From the human T2T-CHM13v2.0 reference genome, Homo sapiens, in the NCBI RefSeq assembly GCF_009914755.1, contig NC_060929.1: DNA of 64,000 nt, one strand, 5' to 3'. A model generated the notes under the pieces. That model was not told where the DNA came from, did not search any database, and saw nothing but the letters and a program-made list of their open reading frames with translations. A program made the position numbers and the translations under genes. Each line of letters opens with the position of its first letter. Positions within the stretch are counted from its first letter, which is position 1. This document shows positions 42,968 through 56,312 of the stretch, piece by piece.

Positions 42968-43657
42968 TGTTGTAGCTCAGAAAATAATACCCCAAAGTAT
43001 GGCCCCTTGGCATGCTAAATGTGATGAATGAAAAGATGTTGGAAAGCCTCAGAAGCAGCCTCAGAACCAAGGTCTCTTTGACCTTCTTCTGCCCTCCTGC
43101 CACCTGCCTCTCATTCTCCCCCAAAGCCAGTCATAGAAACCAGAATTCCTTTTATTCAAGGCAAGTCATAGAAACTACAATCCATTTTCTCCAAAGTCAG
43201 TCATACTAACCAGTATTATTAATCTTCTGCCTATCTAGGAGCTTTCTATAAAGAAATTCTCTGACCTACTCTTGCCTGATAATAAGTCATGAGACCCTTG
43301 TTCCAGATGGGTCCTACCCGATTCCCAGGAGAAAGGAATATTATACAGAGGGGTCAAGAAGAATCTAAACTGACATCCTTTCTGGGTTTCCCAATTCAGT
43401 CTATTAGCATTAGATTATACCCTTTTGTCCAATCATATTATTATTTCTACATAGCTGTCCATTCTTCATCAAACCTAAGCATAAAAATGGATAGTTTTCT
43501 TTGTATCTTTGGTTCCTCATTGTGAAGGTTTCCATGGCACATAAAATTTTAGATAAATTTGTTATGCTTTTTTTCTTAGCCTGTATGTTCTTACAGGAGT
43601 ATTGACTATCACTCTTATGATGGGGAGAAAATGTATCATGCCCTTTCCACCCCTGCA
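42968..43657 (+). mobile_element. MER39-family ERV1 solo LTR
   Basis: tgttgtagctcagaaaataataccccaaagtatgg start and repeated gtcatagaaac. Flanks atcc / ttcc. Confidence 0.75.
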
Positions 43658-43707
43658 TTCCTGAGATTACCAACAGCTGGTACTTTGAGATTGATTGAGT
43701 TGATGAT

Positions 43708-44078
43708 TGTATTAGTCCATTTTCACACTGCTATAAAGAACTGCCCGAGACTGGATAATTATAAAAGAAAGAGGTTTAATTGACTCGTAGTTCTACATGG
43801 CTGGGGAGGCCTCAGGAAACTTACAATAATGGCAGAAGGGGAAGAAAACATGTCCTTCTTCACATGATGGCAGGAAAGAGAAGAATGAGAGCTGAATAAA
43901 GGGGAAGCTCCTTATAAAACCATCAGATCTTGTGAGAACTTACTATCATGAGAATAGCATGGAGGAAACTACCCCCATGATTCAATTACCTCTCACTGGG
44001 CCCCCTCATGACATGTGGGGATTATGGGAACTACAATTCAAGATGAGATTTGGATGGGCACACAGACAAACCTTATCA
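43708..44078 (-). mobile_element. THE1C-type solo LTR
   Basis: tgtattagtccattttcacactgc...catgtccttcttcacatg...caaaccttatca. Confidence 0.88.
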
Positions 44079-44406
44079 AGTGATTCCTGCTGGTTGATGT
44101 ACTGAAGGCTCTGGACCCTTTGCAGGATCACAAATCTGTGAGGAATGGGCAAGAAGAAATAATAATCCTTGTACTTTTACTACCTTGACCTTTGTGAGAA
44201 AATGGCAGGTTATGTTTAAATGAGCCAAGAGAGACACGGGCTTTGCCTTTGGTGGTACTAACCCATGCTCACTTGTCCTTTGAGGTCACTAAAGGTGACA
44301 AAATTCAACTTTTCTACCCTCACAGAACTTATTAAGCAACAATAGCACAACAAAACAAAACAAAAAATAGATAATCTGACTCACTCCCAAGGAGAAGAAT
44401 AAATTC

Positions 44407-44989
44407 TGCTATGGAGTTAATGTTTGGATCCTCCCAAAATTCATATGTGGAGTCCCTAATTTCCAACATGACTGTATTTGGAAGTGGGGATTTTGGGAGG
44501 TAATTAGATCATGAAGGTGGAGCCCTCATTAAGGGATTAGTGCTCTTATAACAAAAACAGGAGATGTTCTCTTTCTCCTCCATCTGAGGATACAGTAAGA
44601 TGCTTGTCTGCAAACTAGAAAGAGAGCCCTTACCAGGAAGCTAATCAACAGGCACCTTGACCTTGGACTTTCTAGCCTCCTTAAACAGTTGACCCTTGAA
44701 CAACATGGGTTTGAACTATACAGGTCCACTTACATTTGGATTTTTTTCAACAAAAGTAGATTAAAAAATACATTATTGGTGGGATGAAAAACCCCCCATA
44801 TATTGAGGGTGCAACTTTTTATATATGTGGGTTCTGCAGGGTTGACTGACTGCAGAGCTTGAGTATACATGGTATACTAGGGGACATAGTGGGAGTGTCT
44901 GGAACCAATCCTCCAGGTATACCAAGGGATGACTGATTGTGTGTGACTGTATACATGCTATATTATGGCAACCTGGACTAACTAAGATG
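44407..44989 (+). mobile_element. MLT1A LTR interrupted by MER8
   Basis: tgctatgg...caccttgaccttggactttctagcctcc, then resumes at tattatggcaacctggactaactaaga. Flanks aattc / aactc. Confidence 0.82.
44686..44935 (-). mobile_element. MER8 (Tigger2-derived MITE)
   Basis: TIRs cagttgacccttgaacaac ... ggaaccaatcc...ccaagggatgactg. Confidence 0.85.
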
Positions 44990-46025
44990 AACTCCAATTA
45001 ATTGGACCCCAGAGTCAAACAGGGAATGGGAGATTAGGATGAAGAGATAAAAAGTAACACCACTTTCATTCTCTTCCTATTCAGTATCCAGACAGGCCAA
45101 TTCTCATGTTGGAAAAATTCATACGTGATGAGACCACGGGGAAGAATTTTCTGAAAATGATTATATATTGTCATTCTGAATTGCCTGAAAAATGAGCTGG
45201 CTGTAACAGCTCTGTTCAACTTTTCTATTGGAAGGGCTGCAAGTTTCCATAGGAGCAATGGCCTCCTGTTGACACATAGATTACAAGTTTTTATAAGACC
45301 CATTATCTTCAGGTGACATTGTCTTTATGTCATTCCCATAAAACTCCTCAAAAACGTGGATACCCAATCCCTGCTGTTCAGAGTCTGTGCATCTTCTAAC
45401 TAAGTATAAGAATAAAGAGTTATGGGGTAATAGGATCGCTTCACTGAAATAGAAACTTGTAATTTATTCCAGGCCCCAACATACAATTTTATGGAAAAAA
45501 ATAGAGAATGTAGAATAGTTACGTTCTCTTACCTTACAGACTTAGCCTTTATGTTTTATGTTTCTCCTTTTCTCAGTAAAGCCATTCCTTAATCCATATT
45601 ATCATAGAATTTTATAAAATTTATTCCAAGCCCTAGTGAAAGGCAAATAGTGACTAAAAACAGCCGCAATTTGCACAACATTGAGAAAAAGTTTCTTTTT
45701 GTGGTAATTGTTGTTAGTTCAGGAAATAGCCATTTATCCATATTTCTAAGTTGAGACATTTTAATGTGTTTGAGTGGCAACCATGTCTAGCTCTGGCAAA
45801 TAAGTTGTGTTTGTCTGTGCCAACCATAGTCCACTTAATTGCCAACAATTTTGGAATTGCATTTTAGCTAAAACGGGAGTCTTGGTTGGAGTGCCTTTTT
45901 TTTTTTTTTTAATTTTTCAAGGTTTAACTTATGATAAAAGAAAGAACAGCATATAGTAAAGGTCTTTATGCCATCACTCATTTCCTTGCCTGGGGTGCTA
46001 TCGTTTAAGAATATGGTGGTTGGGC

Positions 46026-46328
46026 GGCCGGGCGCGGTGGCTCAAGCCTGTAATCCCAGCACTTTGGAAGGCCGAGGCGGGCGGATCGCGAGGTCAGGAG
46101 ATCCAGACCATCCTGGCTAACACGGTGAAACCCCTTCTGTACTAAAAATACAAAAATTAGCCGGGCGTAGCGGCGGGCACCTGTAGTCCCAGCTACTCGG
46201 GAGGCTGAGGCAGGAGAATGGTGTGAACCCGAGAGGCGGAGCTTGCAAGTGAGCCCAGATGGCGCCACTGCACTCCAGCCTGGGCGACAGAGCCTGACTC
46301 CGTCTCAAAAAAAAAAAAAAGAAAAAAA
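46026..46328 (+). mobile_element. Young CpG-rich AluY inserted in an old MLT1 LTR (~45760-46550)
   Basis: Many CpGs retained and Y-type gagcttgca. 17-bp TSD aagaatatggt(g/c)gttgg at 46007-46023 and 46329-46345. Confidence 0.95.
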
Positions 46329-46784
46329 AAGAATATGGTCGTTGGTACTGCAACTGCCATTTTGTGCCAAGAAAAACCTTTACCAACAACTGATAATGGC
46401 ACAACAGAAATTGGAAAGAATCTAGTTTCTGACTGCTAAATAAAAGTCTATTTTTAACTTTTTTGTGTGGAATAAATAAATATATTTATTGTTTAAACAA
46501 CCTTAGTTAAGTATTCATTAATTTGTAGCTGAGAGATTCTAACTAAAATGCTGCTCTGCAACAGAAATTACCCATCCACGTGAGTATAGCTTTAAAAAGG
46601 TGGCTGCATGTGAGAATTCTTTTAATATTTAAAAATTGAATGTGAAAATTTTGAGTAGAAAAAAGAGAAACTGAGGAATTTAGGACAATAGTAAAGGTTT
46701 ATTTTTTCCCCAGATAGTCTTGAAATTAATTTAAAAAATGGTGGTAATTAAAATGGGACCTCATAATCTACTTCTTACCTCTGT

Positions 46785-47044
46785 TGTTAAGAGAAAAAGA
46801 TGAGACGTTTAAAAGAATGAATGCTTTGTAATATGGGAGTGCATTTCGAGTACTATGATGGGCTCCAAAGGAGTGACAGATAGGCACTTTAAGTGGGGGC
46901 TAGGGTCATCCTAGGAAAGTGACCTCACTACTGGAAACTATGTTAGTGTTTTGATCAGGTTTTTATAGGGCAAGATTGAGGCCTAGTCAAGAAAATGTTC
47001 AGAGGAGCCTGGCTACAGTTTGGTCAAGGAGAAGATCTTTGTCA
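46785..47044 (-). mobile_element. MER31-family LTR, internally deleted, within a MIR
   Basis: Reverse complement starts tgacaaagatcttctccttgaccaaactgtagccaggctcctctgaac. Confidence 0.75.
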
Positions 47045-47954
47045 TCAGTTTAAGAATTAATTGTACTAATGTACCCAAAATTTTTATGCAAAAATTTTGA
47101 TACAAATAAGCTCCCCGAAATATTTGCTATCTTAAATCACACTTGCTGATTTACTTTATTAGCATTTTTTTTACCTATGTAAATTTGTTAGCGAGTCACC
47201 AGTAGAAAAGACACTACAGTAAGGAAACATAAAATATATAAACAAAGACACATTAGACCGGACAACCAATATTTTTCTCTGCTTCTGAGTTGAAATGAAA
47301 AGACAAAAATAAGTTAATCTACTTGATACTGACTTTCTATGAATAGCTTTCTTGGTCCCCTATCCTTTATAATTGTGATTACTATAATAGTAATTCCATT
47401 ATTAGCTTATTAATGGTATTCATTTTGATTAATTTGAATTTCTTAATCATCAAATCTTCTAATTGTTCTGCTGCTTTTTAGTACAATTATTCTTTTTGGA
47501 ATACTTATTAGGGATCAAGGGTTGGGTACCTTAAAAAGGCAAATCTTTACAGAATTAAAAGCTCTGCATATGTTGCTGAAAATACCATCATTTTAAAACA
47601 GCAAAGGCAAAAAGATAATTAAATTCTGGTTTTGAAAACAACATGTGATAATGAGCAGTTCTGGGCAGATCACTGGATTTCTCCTCTTGCTCTCTATCAA
47701 CAAAGTAACAACAATTTGCTAGGAGGCTGGAACACTGTCCTTAATGTCCTCATTTTGTTCCTAAATACAAATTAAGCTCTTGAAAAAATGTAAAACTCTG
47801 AAACTGAAGAAATTTATGTCTATATATATAAAATTATGTAATACAGTTTTAACATTTTTGAATTCTTGCCTCAGTATCTTCAAAGAAAACTCTCTAAGAA
47901 TGACTGTAAACTCTGTAATGGAATCATAAACTGTAATAGAATAATGCCACACAC

Positions 47955-48110
47955 TTATCTGGAGGGAATTTGGGTCATCTAGCTGAACTCCTTTTTTTAA
48001 CAGATGAGAAAACTGAAGGCAAGAAAGGTTAAGTGCTTTGCTTAAGGCCAGCCACCTTCTCTGAACTTGGTTTTCTGGTCCCCAGCCCACTGTTTATGCC
48101 CTCTTTACTG
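47955..48110 (-). mobile_element. MIR
   Basis: MIR core acagatgagaaaactgaaggcaagaaaggttaagtgctttgcttaaggcca. Confidence 0.8.
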
Positions 48111-50377
48111 TGTTCTCTCTCTCCCTCCCTCTTTATCTTCCTCTTTTTTTTTTTTTTCTTCTTACCTGACTTTTGCTTTGTTTATTTATCTTAGCCTTTT
48201 TTCACTGTGCTTTCTGGGGGAAAGAAACCAATAATGTTTGTTTACTGCAATAAACATTTGGACTACAAGCATATAAAATGCAGACCAATTGCCTGTATCC
48301 GTGAAGCAAAGGTACATAGCAAGTCACACTGCGGAAATGTACTTTCTTTAAAAGGTCTAAGCATAAATACCAAAAATCAATGCTTGCATTAAATGCCAAA
48401 AAGTAACAGTCAAGCCTTGATTCGATGATTTCAAGACCTTTACTCTGCTGTCTATTTCTTATCTGTTCTTTGCAATTCATCTTCTTCAGGACAAACAGCT
48501 TAGCTTTCCAACATAATGTATTGAGGATACACTATTTATCTAAAAATCTTTAGCAGACTCCCAGTGCTTTTTACATATAGAACAAAAATAAACCTCACAA
48601 ACTCATTAACCAGGCATTGAGGTTCCTTTGGGCTGTCACCTATGTTTTTAGGTTAACCTCACATATTTGGTTACCTCTCCTCTGGAGCAAAATCACCAGT
48701 TTCCTTGCCATTCCCTAGACAGTTGTTCCCTTTTCCAAGTGTGCACTTTCCCTTTCCACTTGCTGAGATTGTATCCCTGTATTCATTCTTCAAATTTGTT
48801 CTCCTGAATTCGCTAGATTGAGTGAGTTCTTTGAGCTTCCCCACTCCTCCAGCAATTTAAAAATTTACATACTAATTTTCTTCTAGTTATGATGGCTGAT
48901 TTTTTACTTTTTCTTTTCATTTTCAAAATTGTTTCTATGAAAATTGAATATACACAAAATAACATATTTAGCATATTATTCAAATATAGATAATAACAAC
49001 AAAACAAACATCCCTTTACTCACTTTCTACCTCAGGGGAAAAATACCAGAAATCTACTAAATTTTTGAGGCTTCTGAAGGCCTATTCCAGATCCCATTCT
49101 CTTTCTGTATTCACAGATGTAAATAATCAAAGCCTATAATTCAATTAATTTTTGCAAATATCTTTACCACATATAGGAGTATCCCTAAACAGAATGTTGT
49201 TTCCTTTTTCATGGTTTTGAACTTTACAAAAATTATATCATATCAAATCTACTGACTTGTTTTTTACTTTTACCATTCTATTCTGAAGATTAATCCATTT
49301 GATGTGTGAATACATAATTTATTTCCATACTCTATAGTAATGTAGCATATGACTACACCAGAAATTATTTATCTACTCTGCAGCTGATTTTTTTTGTAGT
49401 AAACACTACAAATGAACTCATTCAATACCTATTTTCTATATGTTCTGGCCTGCTTTGGAGTACAGCAACAATGGAAAGCTCAAAACTATACTTATCCACA
49501 TCTTTTACAGTTATTATTCTGGATGGGATCTTGACTTCACATGTTGCTACTGTAATATATCATAAGTATACTACTGTACATTTTCTAATATGATTTAGGA
49601 TATTTTATTATTTTTATGAAAAGCTCTTGACCATTTTTTTTTTGTAGAAATTTTGCATCATGTATGGTGTTTGTCCATTTTGTTTCTCTTGTTTTATAGA
49701 ATCGTACTTCTCATATGTGTACTTATTTTTGGTTTCTGAGCTCATATTTGGACATAATTTTTGTCCCTGCAAGTGACTTTAGAGAAAGAGAAAAATATAA
49801 ATCCACAAAAGAGGACCCAAGAATCTCATTTGCTGCTGTACTATGAAGAAACCTCTCTGGTCCCAAATTCCCCTATATAATCTTGAAAGAAACATTACTG
49901 TAAGAATATTATCTCCTCACATTGCAATTCCAAGGGAGATGGAGAAGTGAAGGCATGAACGTTACTGGTCTGGGTATACTCATTTTCATAAATCCTCACT
50001 CCTGATATATAGAGTTATTTTGGATGGATTTCTTATATGTTTTAATATTTAAAAACATTTGAAAAAGTATTTTTATATGTATCAAATTTGCTGAAGTTCA
50101 TTAATGATTAAAAATTTTCTAATGTCTAAGAGTTATCACCTTGAGCTTGATACAAATTTGAACATCTAATTAGGCTTTCATCAAGAACAAATAAAGGGGA
50201 ATCACATAAAACAAATGCTTTCATACTCCATATGCTTCCAAAAGAAACACGCCTTCTCATTAAAATGATATTATTGGTTTAGCTTTTGTATGTAAAATTT
50301 TTAAAGATTAGAATAAAAAATTAAAAATGAAGAAAAATTAAAACCTAATTTCAATAGCTTCCCCTCTCTTTTCCGAA

Positions 50378-50445
50378 ATTAATACCAGTATAAATCTGGT
50401 ATTAATATATAAATTATGTGATATAAATCTTATATCACATAATTT
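50378..50445. repeat. Two adjacent perfect hairpins (11-bp and 16-bp stems)
   Basis: attaataccag / ctggtattaat and aaattatgtgatataa / ttatatcacataattt. Confidence 0.9.
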
Positions 50446-51062
50446 TATCTACTTGTTAAGTCTGTCAGAAAAATGCATATAATGCAGATGAAGTTTGTCT
50501 CTTTATAAACACTTTTGTGTGCGTACTAACGCAAAAAGATTACCTATCTTTTTCCTCCCCATTAGGTCCAAAACTCTACTTTCACATATACTGTCTTTTT
50601 TCAATTATATAGCTTCAAAAGTGGATGTAAACACTTTGAGATGTTACTAATTATTCTTACTAATGAACATAAAAACTTCACAAGTTCCTCTAGTGACTGT
50701 ATTTTGAGACTTGCTTTCAAAAATTAAAAAAATCTACTAAATGTCTGTGTACAATTATAGTTATATTCTGTTCTTGAATTTATTTGACAGTAACCTCTAT
50801 TACAATGATGTTTCCTTATCAAACTGAGAGGGAAAGCTTTCAAAATTTTCCCATTTAGCATGATGTTACTCTAACTTAGGGAGGTTACTTGCTAGTGTGC
50901 TAAAAGATTATATCATGAACAGTCATTGAATCTTTACAGGTATAATCACTTAATCTTTTAAGATAATTAAATATTTTTAATATGAATTTGCTGATGATGA
51001 AACCTCTCTAATTTTAATTATTGGAGATTTATTTTAACTTCTTTTTATTTTTTTTAAGGTGA

Positions 51063-51408
<346 letters not shown>

Positions 51409-52276
51409 TGAAAATGAACAACTCTGTAACTTTTAGTACATTCAAAATGTTGTGCAACCACCACCTCTATCTCTTTCCAAAACCTTTCTCTTCCATTTTT
51501 GATTGATATTTTTGTGGTTATAACATTTGTTAGCAATCTCCCAACCCCTGCCTCTTCCTTGCAAAGAGTCCCAAAGGACCCAGAAGGATATAATATTGTC
51601 TTCTGACTCCCAATGTGTTTGCTGCAAATTAACCTTCTTTTGATGTTCTTTTCAAAGTTATTTTTCTTCTCTTTCTGCCTACATATAAGATTTTATCTTT
51701 GTCTTTGATTTTCGGTAGTTTTATAACTATGTGTTTAGTTTCAGTTTTGTTTATATTTATCTTGCCTGAGAATTCTTAAATCAGATGCTTGATTTTTTTT
51801 TAATCAGTTTTGGATAATTGTCAGCTATTATTTATTCAACTATTGCTTTTTATTTTATGTTCTGTCTTTTCTCCTTTGGAATTCCTATGCATATCTTTGA
51901 CTGAACCTTTACATTCTTTCAGCATTTCACATTTTAATGTTTTCCTCTGTGCTTATTTAACATATTTTCTCTGACCCATCCCAACTCATTAATTCCTTTA
52001 TTATGTAAAATTTACTAGTAAATATATTTATAAAATGGTCAGTTCAGTCATTATATATATTTATTTTTAAAAATTCTGTTAGATCTTTTAAAATGTTCGG
52101 TTCATAAATATTTTATCTTTTTGTTTATTTTCTTGAACAGAATAATAATTACTTTAAAATTTGTATCTGATAACTGTATTATCTGGAAGCCCTTGCAATC
52201 TGTTCTGTTACCTTTTATTTCTTACAAATTTTGTTCACATTGTTTTTTATCTTCAAATGTCTAGTCATTTAAAAAT

Positions 52277-52378
52277 GTATGCTAGATTCTCTCTCTCTCT
52301 CTCTATATATGTATATATATATGCTAGATACTACATATATATGTATATATATATGCTAGATATTATATATATATATGA
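52277..52378. repeat. Compound (CT)n/(TA)n tandem repeat with three tatgctagat anchors
   Basis: tatgctagat recurs about every 30-40 bp, separated by microsatellite. Confidence 0.85.
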
Positions 52379-53013
52379 AAGATGATTTGAAGTCTGCAAT
52401 GATGGTATCTTCCTCCAAAACGGATTCATTTTTCCTTTTTCAGGAGCAGAAGGGGCACTGAGTGGCATCAGCAATGGCAAATTACTATAAACCAATCAGA
52501 GAATGAAATGACTTAAAGCTGGGCTTCAGTATCATCAAAGGTCAAATTTCAATTACTTTTGGGTTTTTCTAGCCCCAAATCTGGAGAGAGGCTTTACCAG
52601 ACACTGCCTTCTTTATGAGGCTTTTTACTTTGTATTGTACCATTTGCCTGTCAGCCTGTGGAAATCACTGCTCAGCCTCTCCGCATCTCAGCCACCTCTT
52701 TCAGAATTGTCAAATGCTTACAGGGGAGCATCAAGGTCATCTTTCTAGAGCTCCTTCTCCTAGATCTTGGCCCCATTTATCTCCACTTCCTTACTAGTTC
52801 TGCAGTGCCTTTATGTGCAGGTTTTTCTTTTCTCTGCTTTTTTAAAAAATTGTAACTTGCGTGAAGATTTATCCAAATTTCTTAGTTCATTATTAGTGAA
52901 GGCTAAAACTCTAGCTGACAATTTCATATCCAATTGAATTATCATTTAATATTGAGGGTGAAAGAAAGACATTTTCAGATAAAATACTAACAGGGTTTAC
53001 CAACAGTAGATCC

Positions 53014-53700
<687 letters not shown>

Positions 53701-54689
53701 GACCCTTATAAAGGGAAGTACTAATGCTTTGACTCCTAAACATTTTCAGATCACAGCACACATATAAAATGATAATATTTTTGCAGTGTGTTGGCTTAAG
53801 TAGGTGAGGATACTCATGGCCAGAGATCAGCCCCAAGGCTACCCCTATTCTAATCTCCAACAGCTATGCTAAGGGCTGAGGATATCAGTATCTCATGTAC
53901 ATCTGTAAGCCATTCTTGACACCCCTAGTGGGAAGCTCTTTTCTATAAGATAAACTTTAGGAAGAAATAAAATCATCTCATAAGGAATGTCTCAAATGAA
54001 AGAGAGGAAGTTTCTCTCTATACGTAAATTGAAGCCTTGGGCAGAGTTTCACAATGGCTATTTTTTTTAAAGCTTGTTGAACAGAAAGATACTAATCTAA
54101 CTACTGACTTCCATCATTGAGCCAAACCTCAGTCTCCCTTATCACTTTCACCTTCCAGCCATTCTTTCCTGATTCTGCACCTGGATTCCAGCAAGTTATG
54201 AGGATGAATCTGTGAGTACAGCTCCATTCTCTGCTTTGAGTTTCTCTTCTGTCTTTGGAAACTACAAAAAATTTTTATTTAATATCTGATTCTAGTTTTG
54301 TTTCTGGTTTTCTCTTTTAATATTTTGCTTATGATTAGCATGTCTTTTGAACACCGGTAATATATATTGAGGGTGTGGATAGATGGTGACATCTTAATTA
54401 GATATCCAACATAGTTGTTATTCAAACAGTATTCAAGCTACTCTTTGCCCAAAATATTGTATTATGACCTACTGCATTAGGATTCATGTGTATCAGTTAC
54501 TTTGTGGTGCATAGAAACACACAAATTTCAATTGCACACTTGAAAATTTGACATTACTGAAACTATTTAGTGACTATTTAGAAGACATTATTTTTACCTT
54601 GGAACAATAGGCACTAAAGTTTATTTTTTTCTGGTAAAATTCTGTTCCCCAAAATTTTAGTGCTGAGTTTAAACTTACTTAGTTTAAAC

Positions 54690-54910
54690 CAGTGGCTATC
54701 AATTTTAGGGATAATTTTACTCTCTAGCCCAGAGACATTGGGCAATATCTTAAGACATACCTTTTGATTGTCATGCCTTGAAGTTGTTGGGTGGAGGACA
54801 GGGACACTGCTGTACATTACAATGTACAGGACAAACCCATACAATGAATATGATCCAATATTTGAACAAGAAATATGGTCCAAAATTTCAATAGTGTCAA
54901 ATTTTTTAAA
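54690..54910. mobile_element. MER20 (hAT-Charlie)
   Basis: cagtggctatcaa...gacattgggcaatatct...ttgtcatg...tacaatgtacaggaca...ccaaaatttcaatagtg. Confidence 0.78.
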
Positions 54911-55090
54911 AGTCTTGTTAACACCTGTGAAACAATATTCAAAATTGTCTAATCAAAAGTTGTGTCTTGTTGCAATTTGTAATGTAATGTAATTTAATAA
55001 TGTTTCAGCCTTAATTTTTTTCCACATATCTAGGTTGAATTTATCCACATACCTCTTGTTAGAATGGATAGTAGGTAGATATAAGAGAGA

Positions 55091-55359
<269 letters not shown>

Positions 55360-55378
55360 TCAACTGATAAACCTGTAA

Positions 55379-55689
<311 letters not shown>

Positions 55690-55894
55690 AGTGCATTAAA
55701 AGAACCCCCTACCTTTTTATAATTCTCTTCTACTAGAGTAAATTCAAGTTCATTTAGGACAGAGTGCACTAAATATTATCATATAACGTATGTGTTCTGA
55801 ATATCTGCTATCTTATTGTTCTTTTTCTGCCTTTCTTCCTCTATAAATCCATATTCCAAATTTAGAACCAGTGTATGTATATATGTGTGAGTGA

Positions 55895-55898
<4 letters not shown>

Positions 55899-55930
<32 letters not shown>
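55899..55930. repeat. (CA)n microsatellite
   Basis: Pure AC run at the 5' end of the MST LTR. Confidence 0.95.
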
Positions 55931-55933
<3 letters not shown>

Positions 55934-56312
55934 TCCCCAGCCAAATCACATGTTGAATAGTCATCCCCAGTATTGGAGATAGGGCCTAGTGGGAGCAAAT
56001 TTCTCATGATTGTTTTAGTACCATCTTGTTGGTACTGTCCTTGCAATAGTGAATGAGTTCTCAGGAGATCTGGTCATTTAAAAGTGTGTAGCTCCTCTCC
56101 TCTCTCTCTCGTTCCTGCTTTCACCATAAGATGTGCCTGCTCCCCCCTTCACCTTCTGTCATGATTGGAAGCTTCATGAGGTCTCACCGTAAGCAGCTGC
56201 TACTATGCTTCCTGTATAGCCTGCAGAACTGTGAGCCAATTAAACATATTTTCTTTATAAATTACCCAGTCTTAGGTATTTCTTTACAGCAATGTAAGAA
56301 CAGCCTGACATA
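55931..56312 (+). mobile_element. MSTA-type MaLR LTR
   Basis: ccaaatcacatgttgaat, gagatctggtcatttaaaagtgtg, gcagaactgtgagccaattaaac, tttataaattacccagtc. Confidence 0.88.
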
